From a virus (Duplodnaviria; Heunggongvirae; Uroviricota; Caudoviricetes): a stretch of 7,259 nucleotides of DNA. The notes below the pieces were generated by a model. It was not told where the DNA came from. It worked only from the letters and a program-made list of their open reading frames with translations, and searched no databases. Shown here piece by piece: positions 1-6,310 of this stretch. Location of the stretch: the IMG/VR virus record IMGVR_UViG_2671180921_000001, one strand, 5' to 3'. How positions within the stretch are numbered: position 1 is the first letter of the stretch; each line of letters begins with the position of its first letter. The translations under genes and the position numbers were made by a program.

Positions 1-42
1 ACGGGTGCATTCATTCAGTGTTTCCTGTTGGATATCCTGCAT
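1..42 (-). CDS. L: minor tail protein L, 5' end only (first 14 codons; gene continues beyond window start)
   Basis: Reverse complement of 1..42 reads ATG CAG GAT ATC CAA CAG GAA ACA CTG AAT GAA TGC ACC CGT = MQDIQQETLNECTR, matching the lambda gpL N-terminus as I recall it. The ATG (40..42) overlaps the M stop TGA (42..44) as ATGA, as expected for the lambda M/L junction. Confidence 0.8.
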   Translation of the reverse strand, partial: MQDIQQETLNECTR

Positions 43-371
43 CAGTTCACCACCTGTTTAAACTCTGCGCTGAACTCAACACGCAACATACTGACCTGCG
101 ACGACCATTTTGCGCAGGTCACCTTTATCTGCCTGTAACCATAAGGCGGCGTCCACAGAAAGGCCTTCCAGCCCCCGTGCTCAGCCAGAAACGACTCCAG
201 CGCCGTGGCCTCCTCACGGGAGACAGACAGCGTCACGCTGTACGTTTTCAGGTCAGCGTTCAGCCCGGCAGGCGCACGCTGGGAATAGCCATCACCAAAG
301 CGCACCTCCCTGACGGAAGGAGCCGATGTCACATCCATCCCGGGTTTCACTTTCCAGCGGAAGGTTTTCAT
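42..371 (-). CDS. M: minor tail protein M (tail tip assembly)
   Basis: 109-aa ORF (MKTFRWKVKPGMDVTSAPSVREVRFGDGYSQ...) recognised as lambda gpM by sequence and length. Sits between H and L as in lambda. SD-like GGAGGTG lies 4 nt upstream of the ATG on the minus strand. Start overlaps the H stop (ATGA). Confidence 0.93.
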   Translation of the reverse strand: MKTFRWKVKPGMDVTSAPSVREVRFGDGYSQRAPAGLNADLKTYSVTLSVSREEATALESFLAEHGGWKAFLWTPPYGYRQIKVTCAKWSSQVSMLRVEFSAEFKQVVN

Positions 372-2929
372 CGTCCACCTCCGGAGAACAGGCCACCATC
401 ACGCATCTGTGCCTGAAGTTCATCACGGGCACCCTTGCGGCCCATGTCATACACAGCCTTCATCGCCTGTGGTCCAATCTGCCCGTTCGTGCCGTCGTTG
501 TTAATCACCACATGGTTATTCTGCTCAAACGTCCAGGACGCCTGCGACCGTCTGTCTGCCATGCTGCCCGGTGTACCGACATAACCGCCGGTGGCATAGC
601 CGCGCATCAGCCGGTAAAGATTCCCCACGCCAATCCGGCTGGTTGCCTCCTTCGTGAAGACAAACTCACCACGGTGAACAATCCCCGCTGGCTCATATTT
701 GCCGCCGGTTCCCGTAAATCCCCCGGTCGCAAAATGGAATTTCGCCGCAGCGGCCTGAATGGCTGTACCGCCTGACGCTGATGCGCCGCCACCAACAGCC
801 CCGCCAATGGCGCTGCCGATACTCCCGACAATCCCCACCATTGCCTGCTTAAGCAGAATTTCTGTCATCATGGACAGCACGGAACGGGTGAAGCTGCGCC
901 AGTTCTGCTCACTGCCGGTCAGCATCGCCGCCATATTCTGCGCAATACCATCAAAGGTCTGCGTGGCTGCACTTTTAACCTGCGACATACTGTCCGTGGC
1001 GCTCTCTTCCCACTCACTCCAGCCGGACTTCAGGCCTGCCATCCAGCTCCCGCGAAGCTGGTCTTCAGCCGCCCAGGTCTTTTTCTGCTCTGACATGACG
1101 TTATTCAGCGCCAGCGGATTATCGCCATACTCCTCCTTCAGGCGCTGTTCCGTGGCTTCCCTCGCTGCCTGCCGGTCAGTCAGCCCCCGGCTTTTCGCAT
1201 CAATGGCGGCCCGTTTTGCCCGTTGCTGCTGTGCGAATTTATCCGCCTGCTGCGCCAGCGCGTTCAGGTGCTCCTGATACGTAACCTTGTCGCCAAGTGC
1301 AGCCAGCTGGCGTTTGTACTCCAGCGTCTCATCTTTATGCGCCAGCAGGGATTTCTCCTGTGCAGACAGCTGGCGACGTTGCGCCGCCTCCTCCAGTACC
1401 GCGAACTGATTCTCCGCCTTCCACAAATCCCGGCGCTGCTGGCTGATTTTCTCATTCGCTCCGGCATGCTTCTCCAGCGTCCGGAGTTCTGCCTGAAGCG
1501 TCAGCAGGGCGGCATGAGCACTGTCTTCCTGACGATCGCCCGCAGACACCTTCACGCCGGACTGCTTCGGCTTTTTCAGCGTCGCTTCATAATCCTTTTT
1601 CGCCGCCGCCATCAGCGTGTTGTAATCTGCCTGCAGAATTTTCCCGTCTTTCAGGGCCTTATTCAGTTCTTCCTGACGGGCGGTATATTTCTCCAGCGGC
1701 GTCTGCAGGCGTTCGTAAGCCTTCTGCGCCTCTTCGGTATATTTCAGCCGTGATGCTTCGGTATCGCTCTGCTGCTGCGCATTTTTGTCCTGTTGACGCT
1801 GCTGTTCAGCCTTCTTTCGGGCGGCTTCAAGCGCAAGACGGGCCTTTTCACGATCATCCCAGTAACGCGCCCGCGCTTCATCGTTAACAAAATAATCATC
1901 CTTGCGCAGATTCCAGATGTCGTCTGCTTTCTTAAACGCAGCCTCTGCCTTAATCAGCATCTCCTGCGCGGTATCAGGACGACCAATATCCAGCACCGAA
2001 TCCCACATGGATTTGAATGCCTGTGCAGTCCTGTCTGCCCAGGTCTCCAGCGTGCCCATGTTCTCTTTCAGGCGGCGGGTCTGGTCATCAAACCCTTTCG
2101 TTGCGGCCTCGTTCGCCGCCTGCAATGCCCCGGCTTCATCTCCGGAACGCTGCAACTGAGCAACATACGCAATCTGCTCCGCCGTCACGTTATGGAACTG
2201 ACGCGCCATCGCCGTCAGCCCCGACGTCGGGTCTGTGGTCAGCTTCCCGAAGGCTTCAGCGACCTTGTCCACCTCCACGCCGGATGCAGAGGAGAAACGC
2301 GCCACACTCTGGCTGATCGCCTCAAACTGCTCACCACCACGCACACCGGCATTCACCAGCGCCGTCAGTGACTCGCTGGTCTGGTTAAACGTCAGCCCTG
2401 CCGCCTGCCCGGCTCTGGACAGGACCAGCATACGATCTGCCGTCAGTCCCGCCTGATTGCCGGAAAGGACCAGCGTTTTGTTGAAATCGGACAGGGTTGA
2501 GTTGCCCTGATACCAGGCATACGCCAGCGCACCGGTCGCCACCGCCAGCGAGGTGGCCCCCACCATCGGCAGGGTGATCGCACCGGCAAGCCCCCTGAAC
2601 ATGGGGATCATCCCGCCGAAGGAGTCCTTAACCTGCCCCCCCTGTTGCAGCAGGATCAGCCACGGGCTTTGCCCGCCTGCAAGCTGCGTGGCCACGTCGG
2701 TGAACTGTGCAGGCAGCATACGCATGGCGGCTTTATACTGCCCGACGGAAATCCCCGCTTTCTGTGCAGCCAGCGCCTGTCGGCTCAGCGACTGTTCAAC
2801 GACTGCCGCTGTTTTTTTCGCATCACTTTCCGTACCGGAAAAATGACGCCTGACTCTGGCCATCTGCTCGTCAAATCTGGCCGCATCCAGACTCAAATCA
2901 ACGACCAGATCGCCTACCGGTTCAGCCAT
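368..2929 (-). CDS. H: tail tape measure protein H
   Basis: 853-aa ORF, the length of lambda gpH. N-terminus MAEPVGDLVVDLSLDAARFDEQMARVRRHF, a long charged, helix-prone central region (roughly aa 330-620) and a Gly/Ala-rich hydrophobic block near the C-terminus all match my recollection of lambda H. SD AGGAGGAG lies upstream of the ATG at 2927..2929. Positioned downstream of G/T and upstream of M. Confidence 0.97.
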   Translation of the reverse strand: MAEPVGDLVVDLSLDAARFDEQMARVRRHFSGTESDAKKTAAVVEQSLSRQALAAQKAGISVGQYKAAMRMLPAQFTDVATQLAGGQSPWLILLQQGGQVKDSFGGMIPMFRGLAGAITLPMVGATSLAVATGALAYAWYQGNSTLSDFNKTLVLSGNQAGLTADRMLVLSRAGQAAGLTFNQTSESLTALVNAGVRGGEQFEAISQSVARFSSASGVEVDKVAEAFGKLTTDPTSGLTAMARQFHNVTAEQIAYVAQLQRSGDEAGALQAANEAATKGFDDQTRRLKENMGTLETWADRTAQAFKSMWDSVLDIGRPDTAQEMLIKAEAAFKKADDIWNLRKDDYFVNDEARARYWDDREKARLALEAARKKAEQQRQQDKNAQQQSDTEASRLKYTEEAQKAYERLQTPLEKYTARQEELNKALKDGKILQADYNTLMAAAKKDYEATLKKPKQSGVKVSAGDRQEDSAHAALLTLQAELRTLEKHAGANEKISQQRRDLWKAENQFAVLEEAAQRRQLSAQEKSLLAHKDETLEYKRQLAALGDKVTYQEHLNALAQQADKFAQQQRAKRAAIDAKSRGLTDRQAAREATEQRLKEEYGDNPLALNNVMSEQKKTWAAEDQLRGSWMAGLKSGWSEWEESATDSMSQVKSAATQTFDGIAQNMAAMLTGSEQNWRSFTRSVLSMMTEILLKQAMVGIVGSIGSAIGGAVGGGASASGGTAIQAAAAKFHFATGGFTGTGGKYEPAGIVHRGEFVFTKEATSRIGVGNLYRLMRGYATGGYVGTPGSMADRRSQASWTFEQNNHVVINNDGTNGQIGPQAMKAVYDMGRKGARDELQAQMRDGGLFSGGGR

Positions 2930-3760
2930 ACCGGACTCCTCCTGCGATACCTTCTGATACTGTCATCAGCATTACGTCATCCTCCGTCATGTCCGCCACA
3001 TCCGGGGAAGCGGGGATAACTTCATTCCCGTCCGGGCCAAAGCGGACGCCTCCGGCAAGCCCTGCCGCTTTCTGCATCAGCACATCATCTTCAGGCTCTT
3101 CGTCAGCCTCGCGCCGGTTCAGCAGACTGAAATCCAGCGGATGCATCTCCGGATCGCTGAAAAACAGGCTGAGCACGGTGTATGTCAGCCCGGAAAAGTG
3201 CATATCCAGCAGAACATCATGAAAATAATGGGTACTGTAAAAGCGGTGCCAGTCGGCATACTCCGTGGATGACATCCCGGCGAGCATGGCGCGCCAGTCG
3301 GGTCGCCCCATCTCGCGCGCCAGTTTCAGGGCAAAACTCAGCTCACCGTCGAACACTTTCCCGCAGAAGCAGGCTCTGCAGGCCCGGCGTCCTCTGCCTG
3401 TTCAGGAGCATCATTCACCACAAACTCATACATACCGGACAGCCGGTACACCACGTTTTCAGCATGAGAAATTGCCTTTGTAGGCCAGGTGGTAAGCACT
3501 TCCTGTTCAATCTGTTTAACGGCTTCATTCATGGAAGGCTGCTTTGTCTTCTGCGGATGGTTATGCCACAGAGACATCGCCACCACAAAAGCGCCGGTTC
3601 TGATAAGGTCTGCCAAAGCAACCTGTTGGTTGCTGTCGGAGTCCGCCTGTTCTGCCTGTTGTTTCATCAGAAAAAGATGCTCAATACGCTGCAGGGCTGA
3701 CAGTTCAGAAAGCGTGACGGTCACGCCGTTATGTTCAAATGATTCGGTTTTCAGGAACAT
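2922..3760 (-). CDS. T: tail assembly chaperone G-T fusion, made by -1 programmed ribosomal frameshift near the 3' end of G (T-specific part 2922..3355)
   Basis: The frame that is -1 relative to G is open from the slippery site to a TGA at 2922..2924 and encodes (G)K-VFDGELSFALKLAREMGRPDWRAMLAG..., which I recognise as the T portion of lambda gpGT. It has no independent ATG or SD. The G/T arrangement immediately upstream of the tape measure gene is the conserved tail-chaperone frameshift layout. Confidence 0.9.
3338..3760 (-). CDS. G: tail assembly chaperone G
   Basis: 140-aa ORF (MFLKTESFEHNGVTVTLSELSALQRIEHLFLMKQQAEQ... ending ASAGKCSTVS) matching lambda gpG in sequence and length. SD-like GGAGAG upstream of the ATG at 3758..3760. 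Begins 15 nt after the V stop. Confidence 0.95.
   Translation of the reverse strand: MFLKTESFEHNGVTVTLSELSALQRIEHLFLMKQQAEQADSDSNQQVALADLIRTGAFVVAMSLWHNHPQKTKQPSMNEAVKQIEQEVLTTWPTKAISHAENVVYRLSGMYEFVVNDAPEQAEDAGPAEPASAGKCSTVS
3356..3362 (-). other. -1 programmed ribosomal frameshift slippery heptamer G GGA AAG (G to G-T)
   Basis: The plus strand reads ctttccc at 3356..3362, so the minus strand reads GGGAAAG. In the G frame it is split as gcG GGA AAG, a canonical X XXY YYZ slippery site, 6 codons before the G stop. A -1 shift here continues into the T frame. Confidence 0.9.
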
Positions 3761-3775
3761 CGCTGACTCTCCGGA

Positions 3776-4516
3776 TTAACTGTCGGTGACGTTGATTTCT
3801 GCAACCGCAGCAAACTCACCATTACCGGATACGACCGGAATGTTGACCTTGCCTGCAGCAACGCCGTTCACGGTGATGGTCATACCACTGACCGACACGG
3901 TGGCTTTTGTTTTATCCGCAGACACCGCACGGAAGCTCTTGTCGGTTACACCTTCCGGCTGGAATGCCACGGTCAGCGTGGTGCTCTGCCCTTTCACCAC
4001 CGAGGAGCTGGCAGGCGTCACGGTCATAGCGGTTGCCGCTGTCACCGTGCTGCGATCTTCTGCCATTGACGGACGGCCCACATTGGTGACCTTCACCGTA
4101 CGGGTGATCACTTCCTTCGCCGTCACCGCCTTACCGATACTGCTGACCCAGCCACGGAACACATCGACCGTGCCGTTCGGGAAGCGGATTTTATAGGCAC
4201 GGGTATCACCTTCATTAAACCACGCCAGCAGCGCCTGCTGCCCCTGCTCTCCGGGCATCCACGCCAGCGTGAAGCTGGTATCTCCGGCGGATTTCTGCCC
4301 CTGCCCGGTCGCGGTCCAGTCCGCATCTTCATCATCGAGATAACTGTCGTCATAGGACTCAGCGGTCAGTTCGCCGGGCGTCAGGTCTTTAACTTTTGCC
4401 AGACGCGACCAGTCAACGTCTGAAAGCGGGTTCGCATAAGGGTCACCGCTCCCCTTATAAACCCACAGGGTGGTTCCGGCACCTTTCACCGGTATTGCTG
4501 GATTTGGTACAGGCAT
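3776..4516 (-). CDS. V: major tail (tail tube) protein V
   Basis: 246-aa product starting [36 protein letters not shown]..., recognised as lambda gpV. The ATG at 4514..4516 is preceded by GAGGA at about 5 nt spacing. The ORF track's longer 256-aa version starts inside U and has no RBS. The C-terminal ~85 aa are Thr/Val/Ser-rich, consistent with the known Ig-like (Big_2) domain of gpV. Confidence 0.95.
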   Translation of the reverse strand: MPVPNPAIPVKGAGTTLWVYKGSGDPYANPLSDVDWSRLAKVKDLTPGELTAESYDDSYLDDEDADWTATGQGQKSAGDTSFTLAWMPGEQGQQALLAWFNEGDTRAYKIRFPNGTVDVFRGWVSSIGKAVTAKEVITRTVKVTNVGRPSMAEDRSTVTAATAMTVTPASSSVVKGQSTTLTVAFQPEGVTDKSFRAVSADKTKATVSVSGMTITVNGVAAGKVNIPVVSGNGEFAAVAEINVTDS

Positions 4517-4523
4517 ATCGTCC

Positions 4524-4919
4524 TCACATTTCATAGGTAATGACATAAGTCAGATCGGCTGAACTCCACAGGCCCGCATCATCGTCGCGCCGGTAGTCAT
4601 AGCCACTGGCCACCATACTGGTGATCAAATCTGACAGTGCCGGGATATCACTCATCACCGGATAAATCCGGGACTCCATCCACGCATCCAGCTCTGAATC
4701 CGGCACCTGAGCAGGCAGGAAAACTTCAATATGCAGCTCCGCCTGCCAGGTATCGCTGTCCAGCTCTTCGCCCGTGTATTCAGCGCCGGTGAGATAAACG
4801 GCAACTGCCGGAAAATCTTCCTCATCAAAAACAGCGGGGCGACCATCAAAAAGCGTCGCCCCGGTGTCATGCTTCTCCAGTGCATCCAGTACGGCTGCAC
4901 GGAGTTCAGTATGTTTCAT
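4524..4919 (-). CDS. U: tail terminator protein U
   Basis: 131-aa ORF ([36 protein letters not shown]...) recognised as lambda gpU. The start ATG (4917..4919) overlaps the Z stop TGA (4916..4918). Confidence 0.94.
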   Translation of the reverse strand: MKHTELRAAVLDALEKHDTGATLFDGRPAVFDEEDFPAVAVYLTGAEYTGEELDSDTWQAELHIEVFLPAQVPDSELDAWMESRIYPVMSDIPALSDLITSMVASGYDYRRDDDAGLWSSADLTYVITYEM

Positions 4920-5494
4920 CGCTTTATTACCATTCTCAGTTGATGCTGCAGCGCATAGCCCAGCTCTTTCGGCAAACGTTCACGCCGTATCCGTTCAATA
5001 TTCTGTTTAAACGCCGTGGTCAGCGGCACCGCCATCGGGATTTTCACCACATCAATGGGGTAACGGTTTTTCCCGGCCACACGCTGCATGACATGCCACC
5101 GGCCATTTTTCAGTTGCTGAATAAACGCGCCGGGAATACGACGGTTTCCCACCACAAGCACGCTGCCGCCACCTTTCAGGGATGAACGCTGCCCCTTTTT
5201 ACGACGTCTGCGGCGGGAAAGGACGACCCGCGCGTTACCCAGTTTGATTACGGGCAAATCCCCCCGGTTAACCTTGATTCTGGCCTGCGGATTTTTGACC
5301 GTGGCCCTTTTCAGCCTGGCCCTTTCCTTTACCAGTTTTCGGCGTACCTTTGTCTCACGGGCAACCTGTGACGCCGACTGCGATATCGCGGATGAAGCAA
5401 CGCGGTTAATGGCCATTGCGGCGGCACCGGGCACCGCCGTTTTGCTGATACGGCTGAGGTTTTCAACGGCCTGCTCAAGACCTTTTATAGCCAT
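4916..5494 (-). CDS. Z: tail completion protein Z
   Basis: 192-aa ORF (MAIKGLEQAVENLSRISKTAVPGAAAMAINRVASS...) recognised as lambda gpZ, with the basic stretch RRRRRKKGQR. SD AGGGGGA upstream of the ATG at 5492..5494. Confidence 0.94.
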   Translation of the reverse strand: MAIKGLEQAVENLSRISKTAVPGAAAMAINRVASSAISQSASQVARETKVRRKLVKERARLKRATVKNPQARIKVNRGDLPVIKLGNARVVLSRRRRRKKGQRSSLKGGGSVLVVGNRRIPGAFIQQLKNGRWHVMQRVAGKNRYPIDVVKIPMAVPLTTAFKQNIERIRRERLPKELGYALQHQLRMVIKR

Positions 5495-5505
5495 ACATCC
5501 CCCTT

Positions 5506-5859
5506 TCAGCGGCGACGGTTAACGGCAGGCGGCACGCCACGCCCAAGCCAGAGATGACAGCTTCCGCCATCATCCGGCGAAACCCGGTCTATCCAGAAGT
5601 TTTCCTCACCGATGGTCAGCGTGTCGCCGCGCCGCAGCTGCCGCACATCATCAGTCCGGACAAACAGGGACGGGCTGGAGCCTTCAACGCGCACGCCCTG
5701 TCCGGCATAGCTGATATTTTCAGGGTCATCAAAAACACCACGTATCACCGCACCGGACTGCTCACCGGATGTCATGGTGGCTGACGTTCCCATGTACCCG
5801 CGTATCGTTTCATCGGCGCGGGCAATGGCAGCATCGAACAGGTTATCGAAATCAGCCAC
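5506..5859 (-). CDS. FII: head-tail joining protein FII (head completion)
   Basis: 117-aa ORF (MADFDNLFDAAIARADETIRGYMGTSATMTSGEQ...) recognised as lambda gpFII. The initiation codon read from the sequence is GTG (reverse complement of 5857..5859), preceded by GGGAGG at 5 nt spacing. It starts 11 nt after the FI stop. Confidence 0.92.
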   Translation of the reverse strand: MADFDNLFDAAIARADETIRGYMGTSATMTSGEQSGAVIRGVFDDPENISYAGQGVRVEGSSPSLFVRTDDVRQLRRGDTLTIGEENFWIDRVSPDDGGSCHLWLGRGVPPAVNRRR

Positions 5860-5870
5860 AGCGCCTCCCG

Positions 5871-6269
5871 TTATTGCATTCTGGCCAGGCCACGTTCTGT
5901 CATTTCGGCTGCCACACCGGCAGAGACACGGAACGCCGTTCCCGGCAGCACAAATGCCACAGGTTCATCCCGCGTGGCGTGAAGTGCATCGGTATGCAGC
6001 GTCACCAGTGCCACTACCGTGACCAGTTCAGCCGTATCATGAATCACGGTATCCGGCTGCGCTGATACCACCTCATTTTCATGCCCGGTCAGCACATTTT
6101 CCGGGCTGAGAGATGTGTCCTGACCGGCAGCGTCATCCGTGTCATCAAGCTCCTCTTCCAGCTCTGCCACACGGAGTGCCAGTTCTTCTTTCGTCCCCGT
6201 CAGGCTGACATCACGGTTCAGTTGCTCACCCAGCACCTGAAGACGGGCAATCAGTTCATCTTTCGTCAT
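5871..6269 (-). CDS. FI: DNA packaging / head assembly accessory protein FI
   Basis: 132-aa product starting MTKDELIARLQVLGEQLNRDVSLTGTKEELALRVAELEEELDD..., recognised as lambda gpFI. The ATG at 6267..6269 is preceded by GGAGGA at 5 nt spacing. The ORF track's 145-aa version starts at an upstream ATG inside the intergenic hairpin and is rejected. Confidence 0.93.
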   Translation of the reverse strand: MTKDELIARLQVLGEQLNRDVSLTGTKEELALRVAELEEELDDTDDAAGQDTSLSPENVLTGHENEVVSAQPDTVIHDTAELVTVVALVTLHTDALHATRDEPVAFVLPGTAFRVSAGVAAEMTERGLARMQ

Positions 6270-6280
6270 GGACTCCTCCA

Positions 6281-6308
6281 CAGAGAAAAAATGGCCCCGA
6301 AGGGCCAT
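6281..6308 (-). terminator. intergenic hairpin with UUCG tetraloop followed by a U-run (intrinsic-terminator-like, probably an mRNA stability or attenuation element) between E and FI
   Basis: The minus-strand RNA would read AUGGCCC-UUCG-GGGCCAU followed by UUUUUCUCUG: a perfect 7-bp GC-rich stem (plus 6291..6297 pairs with 6302..6308), a 4-nt UUCG loop and a 3' U-tract. It begins 2 nt after the E stop codon and ends just before the FI Shine-Dalgarno. Confidence 0.55.
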
Positions 6309-6310
6309 GA

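Noticed and set aside
18-775. Plus-strand ORFs of 132 aa (18..416), 67 aa (110..313) and 149 aa (326..775) overlapping M and the 3' end of H
   Set aside because: Antisense to confidently identified M and H. No start context. Pro/Arg-rich translations typical of spurious frames.
1070-1940. Repetitive-looking charged, Ala/Gln/Glu/Lys/Arg-rich region in the middle of H as a possible tandem repeat or low-complexity insertion
   Set aside because: No exact nucleotide tandem repeats are evident. The composition is the expected extended helical ruler segment of a tape measure protein, not a repeat expansion or foreign insert.
1223-2371. Long plus-strand ORFs (176 aa at 1223..1753, 192 aa at 1793..2371, and others at 759..1277, 2017..2316, 2553..3019) lying antisense to H
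   Set aside because: They sit entirely inside the unambiguous 853-aa H gene on the opposite strand and have no RBS or recognisable protein features. Their Arg/Leu/Cys/Gln-rich, low-complexity translations are typical of antisense frames in GC-rich coding DNA.
3182-4196. Plus-strand ORFs antisense to T, G and V (172 aa at 3182..3700, 96 aa at 3489..3779, 136 aa at 3786..4196) and the nested minus-strand 76-aa ORF at 4123..4353
   Set aside because: All are out-of-frame or antisense overlaps of G, T and V, which are recognised by sequence and exact length. No independent translation signals.
4517-4546. Upstream extension of V to a 256-aa ORF ([10 protein letters not shown]...)
   Set aside because: The extension overlaps the 3' end of U in a different frame and has no RBS. 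The internal ATG at 4514..4516 has a GAGGA Shine-Dalgarno and gives the 246-aa product matching gpV.
6270-6308. Upstream extension of FI to a 145-aa ORF (MALRGHFFSVEES...)
   Set aside because: That ATG lies inside the stem of the E-FI hairpin and has no RBS. The ATG at 6267..6269 follows a GGAGGA motif and gives the 132-aa FI product.
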